Below, one piece after another: positions 20,583 through 29,055 of a stretch of DNA of 58,134 nucleotides. Source of the stretch: Paracoccaceae bacterium (lineage in GTDB: Bacteria > Pseudomonadota > Alphaproteobacteria > Rhodobacterales > Rhodobacteraceae); assembly GCA_039767595.1 (NCBI GenBank), contig JBDNBY010000080.1:1-58134 (forward strand). Direction: 5' to 3'. The notes under the pieces were generated by a model that searched no databases, had not been told where the DNA came from, and saw nothing but the letters and a program-made list of their open reading frames with translations. The translations under genes were made by a program, and so were the position numbers. Each line of letters starts with the position of its first letter. The first letter of the stretch is position 1.

Positions 20583-21622
20583 CTGGCAAAATCTGTGACA
20601 ACCGTGATGCCCGCGGGTTGCGCGCCATCCATTGCGGCCAAAGCGCCTGCGACCTCAGACAGGGCGATGCGCTGTGTGATGAGAGGTGCGAAATCCAACA
20701 CCCCTTGGGCCATCAGATTCAACAACGGGGCAAACCCTTGGGCCGATAGGCCGCGCATGCCCATAATCGTCAACTGCCGCGCATAAACGAGTTCAAGGAG
20801 CGGCAAAGGCACCGTTTCATGCGCCCCCGTTGGCATTCCGATTTGCACATAACGCCCCATTTTACGCAAGCTGCGCAGACCGAGCTCATAGCTTGATGTG
20901 AGGCCAACGGCCTCGATCGCGACATGCGCCCCGCCCCCTGTGATATCATAGAGGGTTGGGAGAATATCCTGCGTTGGGTCGAGGGCATGATCCGCCCCTT
21001 GGCTCAGCGCCAAGGCGCGGGCCTGAGGAGAGGGATCGACGGCAATTACATGAGCGCCCAGTGCCTTGGCAATCATTAGGGCCGATAGTCCAGCGCCGCC
21101 AACACCGAAGATCGTGACCCACTCCCCTGCGCGCAGCTGCGCCCGATCGGACACGGCGCGCCAAGCCGTCGTGACACGGCAGCCCATCGCCGCCGCAACG
21201 TCAAAAGAAATCGCATCGGGCAGAGGCACGACATTGGCGTGTGCATGCGGGATCGCAAGATATTGCGCGAATGCGCCCCACATCGTGAATCCAATGACGT
21301 CTTGCGTGGCGCAGGTCGTTGGCTCGCCTGTCTTGCACTGTGAACACGTGCCGCAACTAAGGATAAAGGGCGCGGTCACCCGCTGGCCCATCTGCAGGCC
21401 CGTCACCTGCGGCCCAATTTGTGTGATGACGCCTGAGAATTCGTGCCCCATCACATGCGGCAACATCACATCAGGGTCGACCCCGCGCCATGCATGATGA
21501 TCCGAGCGGCACACACCGCAGGCGGCCAGTTTGACGATGATCCCATCGGCTGGACAGGTGGGATCAGGCACCTCTTCCATCATAGGCGGCGTGCCGAACT
21601 GGCGCAACACACTGGCCCGCAT
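20579..21622 (-). CDS. zinc-binding medium-chain alcohol dehydrogenase
   Basis: 347-aa ORF with the Zn motifs CGVCRSDHH and GHEFSGVI, the structural-Zn Cys cluster CGTCSQC, and the Rossmann motif IFGVGGAG. Its start overlaps the lcdH stop (TAATG), so it is the last gene of the carnitine operon. Confidence 0.85.
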   Translation of the reverse strand: MRASVLRQFGTPPMMEEVPDPTCPADGIIVKLAACGVCRSDHHAWRGVDPDVMLPHVMGHEFSGVITQIGPQVTGLQMGQRVTAPFILSCGTCSQCKTGEPTTCATQDVIGFTMWGAFAQYLAIPHAHANVVPLPDAISFDVAAAMGCRVTTAWRAVSDRAQLRAGEWVTIFGVGGAGLSALMIAKALGAHVIAVDPSPQARALALSQGADHALDPTQDILPTLYDITGGGAHVAIEAVGLTSSYELGLRSLRKMGRYVQIGMPTGAHETVPLPLLELVYARQLTIMGMRGLSAQGFAPLLNLMAQGVLDFAPLITQRIALSEVAGALAAMDGAQPAGITVVTDFAS

Positions 21623-23043
21623 TAGCGTTGCCCAACAGCGCGCCCTGCCCCGTCAGGCAGGGGCAGCTCGGCGTGACGCGCCGCCCATTGTGCGATGTTT
21701 TCGGCCACGCTGGCCTGAGGCAGCGACGTTTTCCGCGTGCTCATATCAATATGCAACATCAAGCTTTCGACAGTTGCGCTCAGCGTACCATCTGCTTTGT
21801 GAATAACATGGAATAAGTGCAGCTTTTTGCCCTCACCGCTGAGCAGCTGGGTCGTTACGCTGACCCGCTCGCCAATATGCAATTCATCCAAATAGCGAAT
21901 ATGATTTTCAACTGTGAAATAGGAATAGCCCGCCGCGACATAATCTAAGTCTGCGCCGATCATCTCCATAAAGCGGTCGTTCGCTTGGCCGCCAAGCTCG
22001 GCATAATGCGCCTCGTTCATATGGCCGTTATAGTCCACCCAAGAGGGCGGGATCACTCGGTCCACGGTGACGGGGAGCGCGGCGCTTTGCGCCATGGGCA
22101 ACTGGGCCTCGTGGGCGGCGATCACGGCGCCGGCGCCATGGTTGTTTTTACGCAAAATGCGCATCATACCGACGAGATTATCATCGCGCTGACGCTCTAA
22201 TTCGCGGATGGAATATTGGCCTGATTGGGCATCCGATTGCCCTGCGATGAGATCAACCAACTCATCCGTAAACTCTGGCACATCCATCAGCTTTGTCCAC
22301 GGCCATGACAAGGCGGGGCCAAATTGCTCCATGAAATGTTTCATGCCAACCTCGCCGCCCGCAATGCGATAGGTTTCAAATAGCCCCATCTGTGCCCAGC
22401 GAAGGCCAAATCCCATTCGGATCGCTTCGTCGATTTCCTCTGTGGTGGCAATGCCGTCCTTGACCAACCAGAGGCTCTCTCGCCAGACAGCTTCGAGGAG
22501 GCGATCGGCGATATGCGCGTCGATTTCCTTGCGCACATGCAGCGGATACATGCCAACGCCGCGCAGGATCGCTGAGGCACGTTTGCACATGCCAGCATCG
22601 CCCACCAGCTCGATCAGCGGCAACAGATAGACGGGATTAAACGGATGGGCGACGATCACTCGCGCGCCCTGCTGCGTCAGCTCTGAGGGCCGAAATCCTG
22701 AGGTGGACGAGGCAATCACCGCGTCACTTGGGGCCAGCTGTGTGATCTGCGCATGAACAGTGTGTTTGATCTCAAGTCGCTCTGGAACGCTTTCTTGAAC
22801 CCAAGCCGCGCCATCCAGAGCGGCGGCCAAATCGGTATGAAAGCTGAGCCTTCCCTCATCCGGCATCGCTCTATCGTAGAGCGCCGGTAACGCGCGCCGC
22901 GCATTTCCCAGCACTTCGCCAATTTTCCGCTCTGCCTCTGGGTCGGGATCAAAGACCGCGACATCCCATCCATTGAGCAAAAACCGAGCGGCCCAGCCGC
23001 CCCCAATCACGCCGCCGCCAACTATAGTTGCTTTCATCTGCAT
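21622..23043 (-). CDS. lcdH: L-carnitine 3-dehydrogenase fused to a hotdog thioesterase domain
   Basis: 473-aa ORF. The N-terminal 3-hydroxyacyl-CoA-dehydrogenase-type Rossmann motif (IVGGGVIGGGWA) is followed by a C-terminal domain of about 150 aa in the 4HBT-like thioesterase family (WVDYNGHMNEAHY). This long form is known for carnitine dehydrogenases. Confidence 0.85.
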   Translation of the reverse strand: MQMKATIVGGGVIGGGWAARFLLNGWDVAVFDPDPEAERKIGEVLGNARRALPALYDRAMPDEGRLSFHTDLAAALDGAAWVQESVPERLEIKHTVHAQITQLAPSDAVIASSTSGFRPSELTQQGARVIVAHPFNPVYLLPLIELVGDAGMCKRASAILRGVGMYPLHVRKEIDAHIADRLLEAVWRESLWLVKDGIATTEEIDEAIRMGFGLRWAQMGLFETYRIAGGEVGMKHFMEQFGPALSWPWTKLMDVPEFTDELVDLIAGQSDAQSGQYSIRELERQRDDNLVGMMRILRKNNHGAGAVIAAHEAQLPMAQSAALPVTVDRVIPPSWVDYNGHMNEAHYAELGGQANDRFMEMIGADLDYVAAGYSYFTVENHIRYLDELHIGERVSVTTQLLSGEGKKLHLFHVIHKADGTLSATVESLMLHIDMSTRKTSLPQASVAENIAQWAARHAELPLPDGAGRAVGQR

Positions 23044-23667
23044 TTATCCTTTTGAACGCGAGGCGGCCACGGCCTCGTTTTTGAGGGGGATCCGCGTGCC
23101 CACTTGTGTCACGTTGGGATCGTGCGCTTTGCGGGCAAAGACGTCTCGGACCATATCGGCGAAAAAGGCCAATGGCTTTGAGGGATACTCTGGGTCAAAG
23201 CTGGCTTGGTCCCAAAATTCGCAAAAATCGGCGCAATCTTGGTAATAGGGATGCTCGCGGTAAGCATCGCGCGCATGCGGGTCGCTGCCAACGTGATGCG
23301 CATAATACAGCCGTTGAAATAGCCCATGCTTTTCCACCACCCATGCGCATTGCTCGCGCACGAAGGGGCGCAATATCGCCGCCGCATATTCATCATGGTT
23401 ATAGGGCGCGTAGATATCGCCGATGTCATGCAACAGCGCCGAGACGATCCAATCTTGATCCGCCCCATCATTATAGGCACGCGTCGCCGATTGAATAGAA
23501 TGCCCGAGCCGTGTGACCTGATAGCCAGAGAGTGAGGCATCCAAATCCTCCATTGCGCTGAGCAGTCGATCGGCGGTGCCCGCCGCATATTCGCGCTCAT
23601 GCACGTCCAAAAAGGCGTAATCCTCGGCGTCGCCGTCTTTCATTTGTGTGAACTTGACTTGATCCAT
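23044..23667 (-). CDS. HD-domain metalloprotein, PhnZ/TmpB/MIOX-like (candidate diiron oxygenase)
   Basis: The ligand-like pattern is LGHS .. LLHDIGD .. YNHDEY .. VEKHG .. FWDQ, i.e. H, HD, H, H, D. The ATG at 23667 has GAAGAGAG upstream, whereas the ORF track uses a GTG at 23694. The stop abuts the lcdH ATG. Confidence 0.7.
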   Translation of the reverse strand: MDQVKFTQMKDGDAEDYAFLDVHEREYAAGTADRLLSAMEDLDASLSGYQVTRLGHSIQSATRAYNDGADQDWIVSALLHDIGDIYAPYNHDEYAAAILRPFVREQCAWVVEKHGLFQRLYYAHHVGSDPHARDAYREHPYYQDCADFCEFWDQASFDPEYPSKPLAFFADMVRDVFARKAHDPNVTQVGTRIPLKNEAVAASRSKG

Positions 23668-23681
23668 GACACTCTCTTCTT

Positions 23682-24095
23682 TTATTCCATGCACAATATC
23701 GGCATTGCGCCATTTTCAACGACTTTGTGACATCCCAAATATGGGGTTTGCGGCGCGCACTGGCCTGCTGATACTTCGCTGTCTGCCTCTTTTGGGGCGA
23801 GGCAGATTCTATCACAGTCCGCGGAGGAGGTGCAGCTTGCGCCTGCATCCTTTGTCTCAAAGACACAGACCGCGCGCATGAACGCGCCGCTCATGCTCGG
23901 CTTGCCACCTGTGTCACGGCACGCGGCGTGCGCGGCTTCGATCTCTTGGATCGACGGGCCAGACGAGGTCTGAGCCGTGACCACAGGGGCGGGAGTGACC
24001 GTTGCGTTTGCCGCATCGTCCCCCTGCGGTGCGGCCTCTTTGCATCCGCTGACCAATAGGGTCGCGATGATAAGTTTAAACAGAGCGCGGCGCAC
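23682..24095 (-). CDS. small Cys-rich lipoprotein, unknown function
   Basis: 137-aa ORF that exactly fills the BKACE-HD gap. It has a signal peptide with a lipobox (LLVSGC) and seven further Cys residues in the mature part. Confidence 0.6.
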   Translation of the reverse strand: MRRALFKLIIATLLVSGCKEAAPQGDDAANATVTPAPVVTAQTSSGPSIQEIEAAHAACRDTGGKPSMSGAFMRAVCVFETKDAGASCTSSADCDRICLAPKEADSEVSAGQCAPQTPYLGCHKVVENGAMPILCME

Positions 24096-24993
24096 GTTTT
24101 TGCAATCCCAATTTTTCGCGCACCTCAGCTGGCCCGATCACTTTGGCGCCCAAATTTTCAATGATGGTCACGCTGCGCTCAACCAACTGGGCGTTTGTTG
24201 CCAAAACGCCTTTATCTAAAAAGAGGTTATCTTCAAGGCCCACGCGCACATTGCCGCCGCCCAAAACGGCCGCCGCAACATATGGCATCTGATCACGGCC
24301 CAGACTAAAGGCCGACCAATGCCAATCCTGCGGGACATTATTGGCCATCGCCATAAAGGTATTGAGGTCATTGGGCGCCCCCCACGGCACCCCCATGCAC
24401 AGTTGAACCAAGGCAGGCGATGTTAAAATCCCCTCTTTGACCAATTGCGTCGCAAACCATAGGTGCCCTGTATCAAAGGCCTCGATCTCAGGTTTGACCC
24501 CGAGATCCGTCATCATCTGTCCCATCGTACGCAGCATACCTGGGAAGTTGGTCATGACATAGTCAGCCTCGGCAAAGTTCATGGTGCCGCAATCTAGTGT
24601 GCAGATTTCAGGCAGGCACTCCACAATATGCGCCATACGCTCCGTCGCGCCGATCATATCCGTGGCCGCCTCATTGACCGGAAAGGGGGCCTCCACCCCG
24701 CCAAACACGATATCGCCGCCCATACCAGCGGTGAGGTTCAAAACCACATCGACCTCAGCGTCGCGAATGCGATCGGTGACTTCGCGGTAATACTCTAATT
24801 TACGCGAGGGCGCCCCAGTTTCGGGATCGCGCACATGGCAATGCACAACGGCCGCCCCTGCTTTGGCGGCGTCAATGGCGCTATTGGCGATCTCCTTGGG
24901 GCTGCGCGGGACATGCGGGCTGCGATCTTGGGTGCCGCCCGAGCCGGTCACGGCACAGGTAACAAAAACTTCGCGGTTCATGTGTAATGGCAT
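24076..24993 (-). CDS. 3-keto-5-aminohexanoate cleavage (BKACE) family enzyme, dehydrocarnitine cleavage candidate
   Basis: A BKACE/DUF849 TIM-barrel N-terminus (FVTCAVTGSGGT, VVHCHVRDPETG) is present. I prefer the start at 24993 (TAAGATG junction with caiD). The ORF-track start at 25089 would overlap caiD by 95 nt. Confidence 0.85.
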   Translation of the reverse strand: MPLHMNREVFVTCAVTGSGGTQDRSPHVPRSPKEIANSAIDAAKAGAAVVHCHVRDPETGAPSRKLEYYREVTDRIRDAEVDVVLNLTAGMGGDIVFGGVEAPFPVNEAATDMIGATERMAHIVECLPEICTLDCGTMNFAEADYVMTNFPGMLRTMGQMMTDLGVKPEIEAFDTGHLWFATQLVKEGILTSPALVQLCMGVPWGAPNDLNTFMAMANNVPQDWHWSAFSLGRDQMPYVAAAVLGGGNVRVGLEDNLFLDKGVLATNAQLVERSVTIIENLGAKVIGPAEVREKLGLQKRAPRSV

Positions 24994-24994
24994 C

Positions 24995-25780
24995 TTAGCG
25001 TCCTTTCCAAACAGGGTCGCGCTTGTCGGCAAAGGCCCGCGCCCCCTCGAGTTGATCTTCCGAACGATAGAGCCGCTCGACGGTTTCAAATTGTGATTTC
25101 GTGATTTTATTCATCGCATCTTGGAATTTCATATCTTCGGCCTCGCGCACGATTTCCTTGATCGCCGCCATCACCAATGGGGGGCCTGCTGCGATCTCAT
25201 CGGCCAGCGCGCGCGCGCGATCCAAGAGGTCCTCGGCAGGGTGGATTTGATTGATCATCCCCCAGCGCGCGGCCTCTTCGACATCGAGCCACCGGCCCGT
25301 CATCAACAGCTCCATCGCGATGTGATAAGGGATCCGTTTGGGCAACTTCACCGAGGCCGCATCCGCCACCGTACCCGATCGGATCTCGGGCAAGGCAAAG
25401 GTGGCATGACGCGCCGCCAGAATGATATCGCATGACAGGGCCAGCTCGAGGCCCCCGCCACAGCAAATGCCGTTGACGGCGCAGATCACTGGCTTGTTCA
25501 AACCGCGCAGCTCTTGCAAGCCGCCAAATCCGCCCACGCCGTAATCTCCATCCACCGCATCCCCCTCAGCCGCGGCCTTAAGATCCCATCCGGGGCAGAA
25601 AAACTTCTCGCCCGCAGCTGTTAGAATCGCAACGCGCAGATCGGGATCATCGCGAAATTGAGTGAACACATCGCCCATGATCCGCGACGTCGCCAGATCA
25701 ATCGCATTGGCCTTGGGCCGGTCCAGCGTCACCTCTAAAACATGACCGCGCCGATGGGTCTTAATGGGGTTATCTGTCAT
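24995..25780 (-). CDS. caiD: carnitinyl-CoA dehydratase / crotonobetainyl-CoA hydratase
   Basis: 261-aa crotonase that resembles E. coli CaiD as I recall it, along its length (LEVTLDRPKANAID, AGEKFFCPGWDLKAAAEG, terminal KRDPVWKGR). Confidence 0.85.
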   Translation of the reverse strand: MTDNPIKTHRRGHVLEVTLDRPKANAIDLATSRIMGDVFTQFRDDPDLRVAILTAAGEKFFCPGWDLKAAAEGDAVDGDYGVGGFGGLQELRGLNKPVICAVNGICCGGGLELALSCDIILAARHATFALPEIRSGTVADAASVKLPKRIPYHIAMELLMTGRWLDVEEAARWGMINQIHPAEDLLDRARALADEIAAGPPLVMAAIKEIVREAEDMKFQDAMNKITKSQFETVERLYRSEDQLEGARAFADKRDPVWKGR

Positions 25781-27807
25781 AGGCTCTCTCCTGTTTCGAC
25801 CAACGCATCAACGGCCACAGCCCGCGTTGGCGTGCACATCAGCGGGTTCACTTCCAAACTATGCCACTGATCTAAATGATCCCCCATCGCGCGCACGAGT
25901 GCAAGGATAGACGACGTTACGATCCCCAGATCCACAGCAGGCGCACCGCGAAATCCACGAAACAGCGGCGCCATGTTCAACGACAGGAGCGCAGTTTCAA
26001 TTTCGTCCTGTGTTGTGGGCAACAAAAGCTGCGCGGTGTCTTGCAAAATTTCGGTCATCACGCCCCCAGCCCCAAGGGTCAGAACATAGCCATGCGCCGG
26101 ATCGCAGGTGATCCCGACAATCACCTCAGCCACGGCATCGCTGACCATCTCTTCGATCAAGTAGGCATCGACCTGCATTTGGTTCGCTGCAGCCGGAATA
26201 TCTTCTGCCCTCAGCCCAAGGCGCACCAATCCAGCCTCTGATTTATGCGCCGCGCCCATCCCCTTGAGGACAAGAGGCGCGCGCAAAACCTGCGCCGCAG
26301 CAGCAAGGTCGTCACCGCGGGTGGCACGGCGCGCCTCGGGCACATCAACGCCATAGTCTTTGAGCACGGATTTAGCGGCATATTCATCCAGAACCGCCTG
26401 AGCGGCCAACGCGCGCGGCGGCCACAGTCGCCTTGAGTGCGGCGCTTGCCTCTGCCCCATGGCCGCAATCGCCTCAAGGGCAAGGCTCATGTCAACTAAG
26501 GGGATCAGCCCTTGATCCAAAATGCGGCGCGCCGCCGCCTCATGCATCGTATCCCCCATAGAGGCGAGGATCGCGATCGGCCGGCCCGAGCGCGCCTGCG
26601 CCCGCGCACAGGCGGATATGACAATCTCCCACGCCGCCCCGTCGCAGCGATCTGGCCTTGGGAAATCAAGAACCACCACGCCCAGCGCGACATCGCCTTG
26701 TAGCATCGCCGTAAAGGTTTGTGCGATTTTATCTTCATCGCCCCAAATATATGTGTGATAATCAAGCGGATTGGCCAAGGCGACCTTTGGCCCCAATGCC
26801 GTTGCTAAATCCTGCGCCTGCGCGCGATTGAGCGGCGGATACACTACACCGGCCGCCATGCCCAAATCGGCCATTAATGAAGCCTCTCCACCAGAACACG
26901 ACAAGGACGCAATCTGCGCAGAGGGCAAATACCCAGCGACATGGGCAATCTTCAATGCCTCCAACAGGGATGACAGGCTGCGCACCTGCGCAAACCCAAG
27001 GCGCCGCAGCAATGCTTGCGCCCCCGCATGCGAGCCCGCCAGCGAAGCCGTGTGCGATACAGTGGCCACTTGTGCCTGCTCTGAGGCGCCCACTTTAAGC
27101 GCGACAATCGGTTTGCCCATCGCCTCGGCCTGCTTCGCGAGATCTTGGAACCCCTCGAGGTGGCTGATCCCTTCTATGTGCAGTCCAATCGCGGTGATCC
27201 GCGGATCCGACAGCAACGCCTGTGCCAGCTGCGGGATGTCCACGACCGCCTGATTGCCCACCGTGGCCAGCATCGCAATCGGCAATCCTCGGGACTGCAT
27301 CGACAGATTGATCGCCATATTCGAGGATTGCGTTATGATCGCCACGCCGCGATCCACAGGCTCAGCGCCATGTTGATCAGGCCACACCGCCACACGGTCA
27401 AGCGCATTGACAAACCCATAGCAATTGGGCCCCAAAAACGGCATATCGCCTGCCGCCGCCACGAGAGCGGCCTGCAGATCGTCGCCATCCTCTAATTCTG
27501 CGCGCGCCTCTTTGAACCCCGAGGCAAAGAAGACTGCACCGCCTGCGCCCATATCGGCGAGCTGTGCGGCAATCGTCACACTGGCCGAGCGATTAACCCC
27601 AACAAACACTGCATCGGGCGCGATCGGCAGATCCATCACCGACAACACGGCGCGTAGACCAGAAATCTCAACCTTGGTCGGATGAACAACGAACACCTCG
27701 CCGCCGAACCCGATCTTGCGGCATTCTTCAATTATATTGGCGCACCATACGCCGCCGCCAATGACGGCCAAGGATTTTGGGCGCAACAGGCGATCCAGCC
27801 GTCCCAT
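25777..27807 (-). CDS. ADP-forming acyl-CoA synthetase (CoA-binding + ATP-grasp), gamma-butyrobetaine-CoA ligase candidate
   Basis: An N-terminal CoA-binding domain (PKSLAVIGGG..) and a C-terminal ATP-grasp domain are present. The true start is probably ATG 27807 (MGRLDRLL, TAAGATG junction with the ACAD stop). The track ORF extends to 27966, inside the ACAD gene. Confidence 0.8.
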   Translation of the reverse strand: MGRLDRLLRPKSLAVIGGGVWCANIIEECRKIGFGGEVFVVHPTKVEISGLRAVLSVMDLPIAPDAVFVGVNRSASVTIAAQLADMGAGGAVFFASGFKEARAELEDGDDLQAALVAAAGDMPFLGPNCYGFVNALDRVAVWPDQHGAEPVDRGVAIITQSSNMAINLSMQSRGLPIAMLATVGNQAVVDIPQLAQALLSDPRITAIGLHIEGISHLEGFQDLAKQAEAMGKPIVALKVGASEQAQVATVSHTASLAGSHAGAQALLRRLGFAQVRSLSSLLEALKIAHVAGYLPSAQIASLSCSGGEASLMADLGMAAGVVYPPLNRAQAQDLATALGPKVALANPLDYHTYIWGDEDKIAQTFTAMLQGDVALGVVVLDFPRPDRCDGAAWEIVISACARAQARSGRPIAILASMGDTMHEAAARRILDQGLIPLVDMSLALEAIAAMGQRQAPHSRRLWPPRALAAQAVLDEYAAKSVLKDYGVDVPEARRATRGDDLAAAAQVLRAPLVLKGMGAAHKSEAGLVRLGLRAEDIPAAANQMQVDAYLIEEMVSDAVAEVIVGITCDPAHGYVLTLGAGGVMTEILQDTAQLLLPTTQDEIETALLSLNMAPLFRGFRGAPAVDLGIVTSSILALVRAMGDHLDQWHSLEVNPLMCTPTRAVAVDALVETGESL

Positions 27808-27808
27808 C

Positions 27809-28969
27809 TTAGGCCCCCAGAGGGCGGAATACATCACGGCTGATGATGTGACGTTGAATTTCCGAAGTGCCATCCCAGATCCGCTCGACCCGCGCATCAC
27901 GCCAGAACCGCTCGATTGGGAAATCCGCCATGAGGCCCATACCGCCATAGATTTGCAACGTCGCATCGGTCACACGCGCCAGCATTTCCGAGGCATAAAG
28001 CTTGGCGCTCGCGATCTCTCGATTGGCCGGCATGCCTTGATCCAATCGCCACGCACCATTGAGCGTGAGCAAATCCGCCGCATCAATTTCAGTGATCATA
28101 TCGGCGATTTGAAAACTGATGCCTTGGAATTTGGCAATCTGCTGGCCGAACTGTTTACGCTCCGCCGCATAGTTCACCGCATAGTCATAACAGCGCCGCG
28201 CCCGCCCGACACTAAAGGCCGCAACCGTCAGACGCGTTGCATAGAGCCACTCATTCATCACATCAAAACCGCCATTTACTTGCCCCAACACTTGGGCATC
28301 AGGCAGCCGGCATTGATCAAAATACAAAATGTAGTTTTTATACCCTTTGTGCGAGACAGATTGATATCCCTCGCGCACTTCGAACCCCGGCGTTCCACGA
28401 TCGACTAAAAAGCATGTGATCCGCTTTTTCGGGCCTTTGGGTGTGTCATCAACACCAGTTGCGACGAATACAATAAAGAAATCAGCATGCTCGGCACCCG
28501 AGATAAAATGCTTGGATCCATGCAGCACCCAATCGCCGCCATCGCGCGTGGCGGTGCATTTCATCCCGCGCACATCGGATCCGGCGTCGGGCTCGGTCAT
28601 GGCCAATGCATCCATTTTCTCGCCGCGCACGGCAGGCAAAAGATACCGCTCTTTTTGATCCCCCTCGCAGGCCATCAAAATATTTTGCGGACGGCCAAAG
28701 AAATGGGTCAGCGCCATTGAGCCGCGGCCCAGCTCGCGCTCAACCAATGTAAAATCCATATGGCTCAATCCCGCGCCGCCCACAGATTCGGGAAAGTTAC
28801 AGGCATAAAAGCCCATATCGATGACCTTTTGCTTGATCTCTTGGCCAAGCTCGATGGGCACATGCCCCGTGCGCTCGACCATATCTTCATGCGGATAAAT
28901 TTCATTCTCAACAAAGGATCGAACGGTCGAAACGATCATCTCTTGCTCTGAGCTTAAGCCAAAATCCAT
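27809..28969 (-). CDS. acyl-CoA dehydrogenase (gamma-butyrobetainyl-CoA dehydrogenase candidate)
   Basis: 386-aa ORF with ACAD family motifs (ALAMTEPDAGSD, the C-terminal YGGMG...RIWDGTSEI). It is the first gene of the operon. Confidence 0.88.
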   Translation of the reverse strand: MDFGLSSEQEMIVSTVRSFVENEIYPHEDMVERTGHVPIELGQEIKQKVIDMGFYACNFPESVGGAGLSHMDFTLVERELGRGSMALTHFFGRPQNILMACEGDQKERYLLPAVRGEKMDALAMTEPDAGSDVRGMKCTATRDGGDWVLHGSKHFISGAEHADFFIVFVATGVDDTPKGPKKRITCFLVDRGTPGFEVREGYQSVSHKGYKNYILYFDQCRLPDAQVLGQVNGGFDVMNEWLYATRLTVAAFSVGRARRCYDYAVNYAAERKQFGQQIAKFQGISFQIADMITEIDAADLLTLNGAWRLDQGMPANREIASAKLYASEMLARVTDATLQIYGGMGLMADFPIERFWRDARVERIWDGTSEIQRHIISRDVFRPLGA

Positions 28970-29018
28970 GACACCCTCACTTGATTTTGCTTAGGCTGCG
29001 CGATAATTGCAATGAACA

Positions 29019-29055
29019 CCATGCAAAGTTGACCCAAAACCATGCAGAATTTGAC
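29019..29055. promoter_or_regulatory. direct repeat CCATGCA[A/G]A-N-TTGAC x2, 21-bp spacing, in ACAD/cdhR divergent region
   Basis: CCATGCAAAGTTGAC (29019-29033) and CCATGCAGAATTTGAC (29040-29055) are read directly from the sequence. The second copy covers the regulator ATG. Confidence 0.35.

Noticed and set aside
25777-27966. Several track ORFs carry long N-terminal extensions: this one, and those starting at 25089, 18327, 38839, 39632, 36157, 34617, 53300, 12989 and 40659.
   Set aside because: The extensions overlap the upstream gene and lack family N-terminal sequence. Internal ATGs with an RBS or a stop-start coupling give the expected N-termini, so I used the shorter coordinates.
27716-28408. 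A 230-aa plus-strand ORF lies opposite the acyl-CoA dehydrogenase gene.
   Set aside because: It is antisense to a clear ACAD gene, and its Arg/His/Ile-rich translation is nonsense-like.
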